Positions 52,790-64,000 of a DNA stretch of 64,000 nt are shown here, in pieces. Source of the stretch: Octopus bimaculoides (Eukaryota); NCBI RefSeq assembly GCF_001194135.2, contig NC_068981.1, positions 101,697,939 through 101,761,938 on the forward strand, read 5' to 3'. The notes beneath the pieces are model-generated. The model was not told the origin of the DNA. It saw nothing but the letters and a program-made list of their open reading frames with translations, and did not search any database. The position numbers and the translations under genes are program-made. Position 1 is the first letter of the stretch. Each line of letters starts with the position of its first letter.

Positions 52790-53160
52790 GTGGAGGTGAG
52801 CGGACTTGTGGTCATAGGATCGTGGTTTCGATTCCCAGACTGGGCATTGTGAGTGTTTATTGAGCGAAAACACCTAAAGCTCCATGAGGCTCCGGCAGGG
52901 GGTGGTGGCAAACCCTGCTGTACTCTTCCACCACAACTTTCTCTCACTCTTACTTCCTGTTTCTGTTGTGCCTGTAATTCAAAGGGTCAGCCTTGTCACA
53001 CTCTGTGTCACACTAAATATCCTCGAGAACTCTGTGAAGGGTACTCATGTCTGTGGAGTGCTCAGCCACTTGCACGTTAATTTCACGAGCAGGCTGTTCC
53101 GTTGATCGGATCAACTGGAACCCTCGACGTCGTAAGCGACGGAGTGCCAACAATAACAAA
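52790..53160 (+). mobile_element. Family A SINE with A-box region deleted
   Basis: Reverse complement of 17608-18003 lacking the caatggcccagtggttagggcag segment; ends gtgccaacaataac. Confidence 0.88.
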
Positions 53161-53782
53161 GAGCAAATGTAGACCGAGACAGAATTTTGTATTTATTAAT
53201 ATAGATGTCTGTGACTTCATTGTCAAATATTCCCTTCCTTCCATTTTTAATGTGGTAGGGTGTGATTTGGTGTAGTTTTGTTCAATCAGAGATGATCTGG
53301 CGCAAATCAATAATACGCAACAATCAATCACTACTATAAATACACAGTGCCTCCCACCAAAAAGGAGAGAAATCTTACATGGTAGCTCATCCTGCTAGAA
53401 TAGCAGCTAAATTATCCCTCAATTTACAGGCTTACAAAAATGATGACACGTTGATGTCTCAAATGAATGCAGCAACAAAGAAAAATGAAAAAGAAAACCA
53501 CCACCACAACCACCACCACTACTACAGCATGAGAGGCAGAAGCAATTAAATGAGCACAGCTTATAATGTTGAACTGAGCATCAATAATTGATCAATGAAA
53601 ATTGTGTAATTAATCAGTGAACTGCTTTTATCCTTTTTAGCAGCATTTATGAATGAAATCAATATTTTCCTGGACCTATCTCCACTGGCTGCCAACATAA
53701 ACCTATTACATGAAGGAAGCATATCAGTTATCAATGTACATACATCTATCTAACCATCTATCTATATATTATTATATTTGTA

Positions 53783-53823
<41 letters not shown>

Positions 53824-53904
53824 TTATGTGTATGTATGTATGTATGTATGTACAAACCCCACTTCCACATATATGAGTGTGTGTGAACATATACCCTTCC
53901 CCAT

Positions 53905-53968
<64 letters not shown>

Positions 53969-55183
53969 TGTGAGTGCATAAGTGAAAAAGAAAGTGGAGT
54001 GAATAGTTCTTGAATACCAGAAGTAGAGTAAAATGTAATGCTTTATTGAAGCTGGAAAACTTTACAAGCTGTTACTCTGAGTTTCATGTAATTGATCAGC
54101 AGACAAAAGTGAACTTTTGGAACTGTACAATGGCTTATGTATGGTTTTAGTATTATTTGACAAATAATTAAATATAGCTGATCGGACAGTGGGGTTATGA
54201 CATTTCATAATTAACGGAATCTGTTGGTTGATACAATTGATCATTGACAGTCAATATTTTTTTGCTGATAGAAGAAAAATAAAGCAGACTTCTTTCAAGA
54301 TAGTACTCAACACAAAATATTGCTCTAGAATTGTTATATTATTTGTTGATAATTTAAGTGATTATATTACAATAGCATTGACCTTATCTTTTGATAAGAT
54401 CTGTTGGTTGGAACAGCAGAATAGTCTCTTAAATAATTATAGACATGTATGCATGCACACACACACACACACACACACCCATGCACATGAATACATACAC
54501 ACACAGACACATACACATGCGTGCACACACATACACACGCGTACACACACACACACACACACACACAGAGAATAACTATAAGATCAGATCATGCCTGTTT
54601 CCTTTATATTGTATATCAAATTGATTCCTGCTCTTTTTTCTTTCACCATATAGACTTAGTGTCGTAGCATCAAATGAGCTCTTAATCTATCTTAATATTT
54701 GCTGAACATTTTGGTAAACAATGCCTCACTAAGACCAATAATGATGTATCATGCAGAGTACATATGTTCCTTGTTACTGAATATGTAAGCTCTCAGGACA
54801 TTGATTCAAGAAAAGTGGGGCATTTTTTTTTTCTCAAAAGATATTTTCATGCAGATCAATTATATAATGTCTGATTCTTGGTACATCTGTTTTAGAAAGT
54901 TTTATATGTAACCCATTCTCACTGATAACGCTATACATTTGGTCACAGTAGGATTGTATCTTTCCTACATTGCCTGATTGTGGAGATAAAGTTTTCAAAA
55001 GAGAATGTTTTGTAGTGGAAGACTTACAACAATTTCAGATCAAACATATTTCCTTTTTATCAAGAAATCATGGCCTTAATTCATGTGAACATTTTTTAAT
55101 CAGTGTTTTGTGAAAAATGATGTTCTAAGACTAATTATGATATGTCCTGTGGAGTGTAGATATGTTTTGCAACAGTGTGCATA

Positions 55184-55215
<32 letters not shown>

Positions 55216-55715
55216 GTAAGAAGCTTGTTTCCCAACCACATGATTCCAGGTTCAGTCCTACTGCATGGCAGTGTCTTCTATTATAGCCTCAAGCCAATCA
55301 AAGCCTTATGAGTGGATTTGGTAGACGGAAACTGATAGGAGCCTGTTGTATGTATGTATGTGTATATATATATATATATATATGTATATGTTTGTGTGTC
55401 TGTAGTTGTTCCTCCACCATTACTTGATAACTGATGTTGGTGTGTTTAAATCCCCGTAACTTAGTGGTTCGGCAAAAGCGACCGATAGAATAAGAACTAG
55501 GCTTACAAAAGAATAAGTTCTGGGGTCAACTTGTTCGACTAAAGGTGGTGCTCCAGCATGGCCATAGTAAACTGACTGAAACAAGTAAAAGAATGTATAT
55601 ATATGCATACACACATATTCCTTCTTTTATTCTTTTACCTGTTTCAGCCCTAAACCTGTAGCCATGTATATACACTTATATACATACATACGTACGCACA
55701 CATGCGCGTGCGCGT

Positions 55716-55756
<41 letters not shown>

Positions 55757-55929
55757 CTTTTTCCTTTATCTTTTCTTTTTCTTGTTTCAGTCATTGGACT
55801 GTGGCCTTGAAGAGTTTAGTCAAACTAATTGATGCCAGAATTTATTTTTTTCTTTTAAAGCCTGCAACTTATTCTGCTGGTCTTGAAAGAAGTGACACCT
55901 TGAGGTTTACATTTGTGCAATGCTAGTGG

Positions 55930-56125
55930 TGATGTGCAATGATGTGGCACATTGTATGGAATTAATCATGAATTGTCTCGCAGCTTAGCGATTTCGATGA
56001 TGTGATTGTTTATTTTTCGAATTACATTGTATGTCAGGTGTGAAAGGCTGGATTTGGCCTGTTTGAACATAAAATAGGGAGAATATTTTGGCTGGATATG
56101 GCTGGTTTAAATACTAAAGTGTTAA
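55930..56125. mobile_element. Possible piggyBac-like non-autonomous element end
   Basis: Terminates ...ctggtttaaatactaaagtgTTAA (degenerate aaagggTTAA end); the opposite end was not found. Confidence 0.35.
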
Positions 56126-56498
56126 GGCTGTTCCAGTAATCAAGATTAGTCATGTCATTCTGGATCTCTGAGAACACAGTAACTCATATTGTAAGTCATT
56201 TGAACTGTATAGTTGATGAAAAATAAGGTAGATGAACAGGGGGAGATGAAACAAAAGTCTTTACATGGAATAAAATAAACAAAAAGGAAGTCTTATCTTT
56301 ACAGGTGTTTCATATGAACCCTGACAGGTGTCATAATTATGCTTATCATAGCTGACTTGCTACACTGGAGCCACCTGCCCTATATGAAGAAGTTGGAATT
56401 TAAGATTTCACCGATGTGAATACTACTTGGTGAATATCTATACCACATTTATTGATTCAGCATTCTCCAACATACTCTGTCTGAGTGTGAGTGTGTGA

Positions 56499-56529
<31 letters not shown>

Positions 56530-56832
56530 TGTGCGTGTGTGTGTGTCTGTCTGTCTCTTTAATCTTAACTGGAGGAACTTTTATNNNNNNNNNNNNNNNN
56601 NNNNNNNNNNNNNNNNNNNNNNNNNNNNNNNNNNNNNNNNNNNNNNNNNNNNNNNNNNNNNNNNNNNNNNNNNNNNNNNNNNNNNNNNNNNNNNNNNNNN
56701 NNNNNNNNNNNNNNNNNNNNNNNNNNNNNNNNNNNNNNNNNNNNNNNNNNNNNNNNNNNNNNNNNNNNNNNNNNNNNNNNNNNNNNNNNNNNNNNNNNNN
56801 NNNNNNNNNNNNNNNNNNNNNNNNNNNNNNNN

Positions 56833-56864
<32 letters not shown>

Positions 56865-56869
<5 letters not shown>

Positions 56870-57110
56870 GGAGAATTCACAAAAAAACAAAAGATGAAGA
56901 CAGGTGGTGTAGACAACAAACAGATGTATTAGTTTAACACTTGGGAAGTGAAAAAGTCTTTAACGTTTCAAGCCTACGCTCTTCCACAGAAAGAAACAGG
57001 GAGAGAAAATAAAGAATGTATAGTGGCTAGTGATCTATCATGGCAAATGCCGGACAGTGGGGTCACACAGGAGAGCTAGGAAGAAGGGGAGATAATAAAG
57101 TAGTGGTGAT
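56865..57110 (-). mobile_element. Penelope-like terminal-repeat remnant with hammerhead-like motif
   Basis: Minus strand tcttt CTGTGGAA gagc gtag gctt GAAA cg TT aaaga at 56994-56957. Confidence 0.5.
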
Positions 57111-57969
57111 CCCACATACATAAATATATGAGGGGATTCTTTCAGTTTCCATCTATCAAATCCATTCACAAGGCTTTGGTTGGCCCAAGGTGATAGCAGA
57201 AGACACTTGACCAAGATGTGACACAGTGGAAATGAACCCCAAACCATGTGGTTGGGAAGCAAGTTTCTTACCACACAGCCACACCTACACCTATGTATAC
57301 ATAATAAGTGAAGGTAAAATTGTGTGTCTGAGTTAATCTGTGCACTAGACAGGTAAATTCTCATTCTGAAGCATTTTTTCCATCTATTAGTAACAAGTAC
57401 AGGGAACAATGCAGAACTTATTTAATTATTTTTTTTGTTGCTATTTTAGGAAAATATAAAATTCTAATTTCATGGAAGAAAAATCATGCACAAAGGCAGT
57501 TTTAATTTTTATCTATTAGTAACTAAAAGTTAATGCACTAAAGAGAACAATGGAATAATTAGATTTTACCAATTTTGTGCGGAAAAGTTTTGACCAAAAT
57601 ATTTCAAAATTAATTTTATTCTCATTATACATTTTTATCCTGTAATTCATTTTCATGTTTTTCATAGATTTATGCTCAAAAATAACACAAGTCCAGGATA
57701 TGTACGTATGTATGTATGTGTGAGTGTGCATGCTTGTTGTTTTCCGCATCTTTTATTAGTCTTTCATTTTTTTTGCCTGTTTCAGTCACTAGACTGCAGC
57801 CATATTGGAGCTCTATCTTCAGTGATTTAGTAAGAAGCTTGCTTCCCAACCACATGGTTCTGGTTTCAGTCCTGCTGCATGGCACCTTTGGCAGGTGTCT
57901 TCTACTATAGCTTCAGGCTGACCAAAGCCTTCTGAATGTATTTGGTACATGAAAACTGAAAGATGCCTG

Positions 57970-58004
<35 letters not shown>

Positions 58005-58459
58005 CATGTGTGTGTGTGTGTGTGTTTGTCTCCCATCACTGTTTGACAACTGATGTTGGTGTGTTTATGTCCCTGTAAATTAGTGGCTCAGCAAATGCCA
58101 TCAATAGAATAAGTACCAGGCTTATAAAAGAGGCAAAATAAGTAGTGGGGTTGATTCATTCTTCAAGGCTGTGCCCCAGCATGGCTGCAGTCTAATGACT
58201 GAAACAAGGAAAAGGTAAAAGATAAACCAGCACCAGTACTTATCTTTTAAAAGTCTGGCACTCATTCTATCAGTTTCTTTTGGTCCAACTGCTAAGTTAC
58301 AGGTAAGTAAACAAACCTACATTGGATATTGAGTGGTGGTGTGGGACAAAGACAAACACAAATATAAACACTCACATGTATATAAGTAGCTGGTATGCTC
58401 TGCTAGATGTACCATATCAGTGTACATGTGCAACAGAGTACTAGTGTACTGAGAGAAAA

Positions 58460-58945
58460 GTTAGGCATAAGAGGAATTATATGTAGTGTACAAGAGAGGA
58501 GACTGCGCTGGTTTGGTCACATGACGTGGATGAATGAGGACAGTTGCGTAAACAAGTTCTGATTGCTTAAAGTGGAGGGAAGTTGTGAAAGAGGGAGACT
58601 CAAAACAACATGGAATAAAATATTGAAGGCTGATCTCAGACTGCTGAGCCTTATGAAGATGACAGGGGACCGAGGTATGTAGAGTATTGCTGTACTCAAG
58701 AAGGCCTGCCCACCACAACAGAATTGATATCTTAAAACCAAGGTACCTCGTCAAAAGCATTGGTGCTGATGCCATGCAAAAAGCACTCAGTAAAGTGGTT
58801 GGTGTTAGGAAAAGCATCCAGCTTTAGAAACAATGCCAAAACTATAGAATCTGGTGTAGCTCCTGTCCTTGCTAGTTCTTGTCAAGCTATCCAACCCATG
58901 CTAACATGGAAAATAGATGTTAAATGAGGATGAGGATGATGTATA
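58460..58945 (+). mobile_element. RTE-clade LINE 3' fragment
   Basis: ERRLRWFGHM...GSCERGRLKTTWNKILKADL followed by the shared 3' UTR and tail. Confidence 0.88.
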
Positions 58946-61664
58946 TTTATGCATGTATGTATATGTCATGCAACTGGCACCTGTGCTGGTGGCTCGTAAA
59001 AGAACCCATTACATTCTCAGAGTGGTTGGTGTTAGGAAGGGCATCCAGCCGTAGAAGACCATGCCAAATCAGACTGGAGTCTGGTGTGGCCCCCTCAGCT
59101 TACCAGCCCTGGTCAAACTGTCCAACCCATGCCAGCATGGACAATGGACGTTAAATGATGATGATGATGATGATAATGATAGTTGAAGAGATTTGCTTAA
59201 GGTAGCATGCAGTGGGACTGAACTTGAAATCATGTGGTTGTGAAGCAAACTTCTTACCACACAGCCACACGTGTGCCTATTTATATTTGGTAGCTTTAAT
59301 TTTTTGATGTCTGTATATCTTTTATTACCCATGTCGCTTGATGGGTAACTTAGAAAAAGAAAAGAAGACATCTGTCAAGTATTCACACAGTTTCTGTCTA
59401 CTAAATTCTACTCTCAAAGCAACCAAGCTTTGGTTGTAATAGAAGATGCCTGCTTAAAGGTCTGTGTTGTAGGATAGAATTTAGATTGATGGGGGTTACA
59501 AAGCAACCTTTTTAACCACTAAGCCATACATACACCTCAGAAATGAATATTACTTTCTCATCTGTTCATCTAACTAGATCTGTAAACAAATAATGCAATT
59601 AATTTGAAGTCTTTAATGAAATGTTATAAAAAAAATAAAATAAGTAAATAAATGGTATAACAGATTAAAAAATAAAATAAAAAAGACACTCACACTAAAA
59701 AATTACAATAAAAGGAGCCAAAAATATCCCCACAATCTCTCTCTCTCTCTCTGGCCCCTTCGACATACATTCTCTCTTTCTATCTCTGTCTCTCTCTCTG
59801 GTACAGAAATGATAATTGTAAAATTATGTGAAAGAGTAGTCTATAGGGAAAAGCATGCTAAATGTAAAAAAAAAAGCAACTTAATAAAAAAACAAATGAA
59901 AACATACCTCCTCCATGCAAAACCAACAACAACAACAACCCCAAATGAGATGAGAAGTTGCTGAATAGCATTAACCCTATTCATTAATGCTCAGAAGTGG
60001 GGAGGCACTAAAGTTGAAAGTATGCATGCGCATGCACACACACACAGAGAAATACCTAAAGAATAGAAGTTAATGAACAAATTCATATTTTCCCCTTTTT
60101 CATTTTCAGTTTTTTAAAAATTATTTTTGATCACTTTATGCCTGTTCTTTTCATTATTTTGATTTGTTGGACTGTGGCCATGTTGGAGCAGTGCCTCCAA
60201 GGGTTTTAACTGATCATATCAACTCCAGCATTTATTCCAGTTTAGCATTTATTTTATCAATTCCTATTTGTTGGAATGTTAAGTTTCCATGCTTGTATGG
60301 TTCAGACAAAAAGTATGACCCATAAAAGCATGGAAAATTTTCTCCAGCCAGATGCTCTTTATGTTGTAAACCCTGATCTGTTTCTAAGATTATGAAAATA
60401 AGCACCAACTAAATTTTGGGATTGAGTCACTTGGTTAATAACCGTTTACCCCACAGTGAAGCTTTATGGCATTATAAGAATACTTATTACTTAGTTTTTC
60501 ACTGTTGTTGTCATTGATTAACCTTGGTCAATTCTTATGCCAATAGAGGAAACCAACTGACCCAACACACTGAACTATGCAGTTATAAAATGTCTAGTTC
60601 AGTGGTTTGTGCTGGACTTCAGTTTTGACCTGAACTTTGAGCAAAGGGCAACCTGTGTATATTGAAGAGCATTGTGTCTTAATTATTTAGGACTTAAAAC
60701 ATGTATTTCTTATTTTGAGATTAAAGGCTACTACTGAGTGAATAGGTTATGATATTGAACAAGTAACCATGGGGCAGCAGGCTCATATGCTGAAGCTTGC
60801 ATAGTGTTGTGTTCACAGCCAACACACTTCAAAACTGGTGACAATGATACAGTTGAGATTCTGTTTGAACACTTGCTAAGTGATGTCTATAAGGAAAAAT
60901 ATATTTTCTCTTCAAATCACAACACAGGCAGGGGATAAGTATGGCTGTGTGGTTAAGAAGTTTACTTTGTAACCATGTAGTTTTGTGTTCAGTTCTATTG
61001 TGTGGTGTCTTGGATGAGTATTTTCTAATATAGCCTTGGGTTGTCCTACACCTTTCAAGTGAAATTTTATATATGGAAACTGTACAAAAGTTTGCTGTAT
61101 GGGTATAAGTGTATGTTTAACTATACATGTCTGCATTGACACTACTTGAGTAGTGGTGATGTTTGTTTATGTCCTGCATAAAGAATATTTCCCACAGCTC
61201 AGTGGTTTGATTTGTGAGAACCATTGGAATAAAGTATCAATATTAGCAACAAGTAAGGGTTGACATTAGAAAGTGTAACTAACCAGAGAATATTGCATTG
61301 AGAAGTCTTATCCGATGCATACCAGCCTGAAAAAACTCAGATGTAAAAATGAAAATGATAACATTGCTGATAAGCTGTCACAATTTTTCGCTTTAGCTGA
61401 AACAAAATTAATTGCCCTGCTCAAGAATACAATGTTATACCAGATACACAGACACTACCTGGTTCATGGTATGCAAATAACTGAGCTTACTCTGTTATAA
61501 GCATTCATGCCAAGTCTCTGATTTGTAATTAACTTATCATGTTGAGAGACTGTCATGGACACTACCCTCCCTCCTTGGACAAAGTCATCAATGTCAAAAA
61601 AACAAAACAAAAACAAAAATGTTTAGAAGCTGAAAGTATTTCTAGTCTTATATTGCATAAATGT

Positions 61665-62005
61665 CCATCATCATCATCATTTAAAGTTCGTTTTCCATGC
61701 TGGCATGGGTTGGATGGTTTGACAGGAGCTAGCCAGCCAGAGAGCTGTTCCAGGCTCTGGTTGTTTGTTTTTGGCATGGTTTTTATGACTGGAAGCCCTT
61801 TAGGTGCTTACCATGTGAAAATGGCACAAGTGCATTTTACATGGCACTAGCACAAGAGCTTATGTGGCAGCAACACTGATGCATTTTATGTGACACTGGC
61901 ACAAGTGCACTTTATGTGGCACCAGCATGAGTGCACCCTTCAGGGAACTGATACGAGTACATCTTACATGGCATTAACACCAGTGCATTTTATATGGCAC
62001 CAATA
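61665..62005 (-). repeat. RTE tail followed by about 7 copies of a 26-bp minisatellite
   Basis: Units like gcacaagtgcattttatgtggcacca at about 61823-62005, adjacent to a (cat)n...ttttccatgctggcatgggttgg tail. Confidence 0.75.
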
Positions 62006-62635
62006 CGCTACTAAAACGGAGAAGTGTTACTTGACTAGCTGAAAACATATAATAGCAGTCTCCAGGCTCTTTAGTCATGAACCTTGAATATCACAGCTGC
62101 ATATTTGCCTTGATTGGGTAAAGCATTTCTGTTTCTTTGCTTCAAGTGCAGGAGAAATAGATATCAGTAGATTTCAGCATTCCAAGCCACATCTTGCATG
62201 AAGTGTAATTGTTAACCCAAGTATATTTATACTGTTTCTATCTATTCCACATTTTTGGCGATGCTCTTTCTTACATGTTATGCTCTCAGATGTCATTTAA
62301 ATATCATATTGTTTATATAATACAGTACATCACATTTACCTCATAATATTCAGCATAACTTGTTTCAATGTATACGTTATTTATGTGTATGTGTGTGTGT
62401 GTGTGTCTCTCTCTCTCTCACACACACAGATACACACACACAAACATATATATATTATACTACTGTGTTTTTTCGCGGTTTTTCTTACAGCTGTATTCTT
62501 ACCCCTGTATATTAAGAGGTGACTAGGAGGGTTGCTATAAGAAAGGGCATCAAATAGTGCTGTTCAACCTCCAATCCCTCAACTCATATCACCATGGAAA
62601 AAAAAAAGGAGGATGTAAAATAATTGTGGTGAAAG

Positions 62636-62674
<39 letters not shown>

Positions 62675-63044
62675 TTTCAGGTGCATGCATGACTGTGTGT
62701 TTAAGAAGTATACTTTACAACCATGTGATTTTGTGTTCAGCGCCATTGTAAAGTACCTTGGGCTGACCAATGCCTTGTGAGTGAATTTGACAGAAACTGT
62801 CAGAATTCTTTCACTGACCATGTCTTTTTAGTTGATGATGATGAGCATTAATCATATTAACACACTGGAATTCCACCTGCCTGTTTTATTTAACATTCAC
62901 CAATCTACAGGTATTCTTGTTGAGCAACAGTTAGATCACTCTCAGCAGTCTTGAAAGACAGGCAAACATCTTTGGCACTAACCCTCTTCCTCTTCTTTCT
63001 TTGCTTTACAAAATAAATAAATAAATAAATGGGTGCTAATACAA

Positions 63045-64000
63045 CTGTAGTGACGCCGTTCGCATGCGTAGTCTCACGCATGCGTGGAATTAAACAAGCA
63101 AGCGTTCCCGCTTAATTATATCTCTTTTACGGTCGGCCGACCATGAGCATGGACGTGATAAGCTGTCTCTCTACATCTTTCGGACTTACACTCGACAGCT
63201 CGCTTGCAACTACATACCCACGTCCCAACAACTATGCTCATACACACAGAAGCGGTAACAACAAGACCTAAAGATGTATATATTTACCACCTAAATAAAG
63301 TGTTGTTTAAGTTGATAGTCTGGAGTTCAGCGTTCCGTTATATTCTTTAATTTTATAGTAGGAAAGTCAGGTATACATCTAAAGATGTATAACCCACTTT
63401 CTACTAAAGTGGTGACCCCGACGAAGAAAAAATGCAGCATGAATTCTGGACTACCAACTTATAACTGGTGAACCCGACTAAAGAACAAATACAGCCATGG
63501 AGACTGAACTACATATTACCAACATCTCCAACCATAGTCAACACGACTCAACAAGCGCGGTTTTTATTCTCGCCTCTGTTAGAGTGGATGTTTCCACTCA
63601 CGATAAAACAGACAAGAATTACAGCCTGCGACTTTCCTATTGTGTACTCAAAAAAAAGATTGGTATAAAACTCTCGTGTACTGACTTTCTATCTGCTGTG
63701 ATTTCTCACATACATATAGACGGCCTGTTTTTATTATGTTCTTATATGTGTCGCATTCACACTCTCACATACACATACATTTTTTATGCCACACAATAAC
63801 TCTTGTTATTCATTTCATACGGTTGTCTTTTCTATCGTCTCATTCCTGGTATTTACGAATTCACTAATGTTCGTAGTATAACGTAATTACTTGTATATCA
63901 TCTTTGATATATATTTTGGTGTTCGACCGTGTGACACGTTTAAATAAAAGGAGTCCTCTGTTATTCCATTCGTCACCATTTCTCCTTTTTGAGTTCGCAC
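63045..64000. promoter_or_regulatory. CpG-rich, repeat-free promoter-like region
   Basis: CpG density is visibly higher than in the rest of the non-repeat window. Palindromes cgcatgcg (63061), cacgcatgcgtg (63075; NRF1/Ewg-like core) and ggtcggccgacc (63131); TGACG at 63051. Confidence 0.5.
63190..63267 (-). CDS. Candidate upstream hydrophobic (signal-like) exon of the LDLa gene
   Basis: Acceptor catctttag and strong donor GAGT/GTAAGT, 78 nt, phase 1-1. Encodes LVVTASVCMSIVVGTWVCSCKRAVE; joining it to 29589 gives C-TIQHRLKR in frame. Linkage is unproven. Confidence 0.3.

Noticed and set aside
63143-63271. 42-codon plus-strand ORF with a good Kozak context
   Set aside because: Short, no recognisable motif, and overlaps the minus-strand candidate exon; at most a uORF.
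1-64000. CRISPR arrays, rRNA or prokaryotic operons
   Set aside because: None seen; the tandem repeats lack unique spacers and the DNA is intron-containing eukaryotic sequence.

Overview
AT-rich, gapped eukaryotic genomic DNA, dense in microsatellites and retroposons. The repeat complement looks like a coleoid cephalopod, probably Octopus (inference). One host gene is well supported on the minus strand: three GT-AG exons with matching phases (29589-29392, 23910-23728, 16241-15712). They encode a furin-type site (RLKR), one LDL-receptor class A domain, a transmembrane helix and a Ser/Pro/Gly-rich tail ending in LPTYEEV, an LDLRAD3/LDLRAD4-like architecture. Its 5' end was not identified with certainty; a CpG-rich, palindrome-rich region at about 63-64 kb contains a phase-compatible candidate exon. 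The rest is intronic or intergenic: RTE-clade LINE fragments, at least five SINE-like families (labelled A-E here, my own labels), mariner, Tc1-like, hAT and piggyBac-like relics, Penelope-like remnants and MITE/foldback structures. The most unusual observations are a near-complete type I hammerhead ribozyme fold at 7254-7310 (same strand as the gene, about 8.4 kb past its stop), further decayed hammerhead motifs on that strand in introns, a 1.4-kb intronic foldback, and a relic resembling the REL endonuclease of CRE-clade retrotransposons. All alignments were done by eye, and repeat boundaries are approximate.
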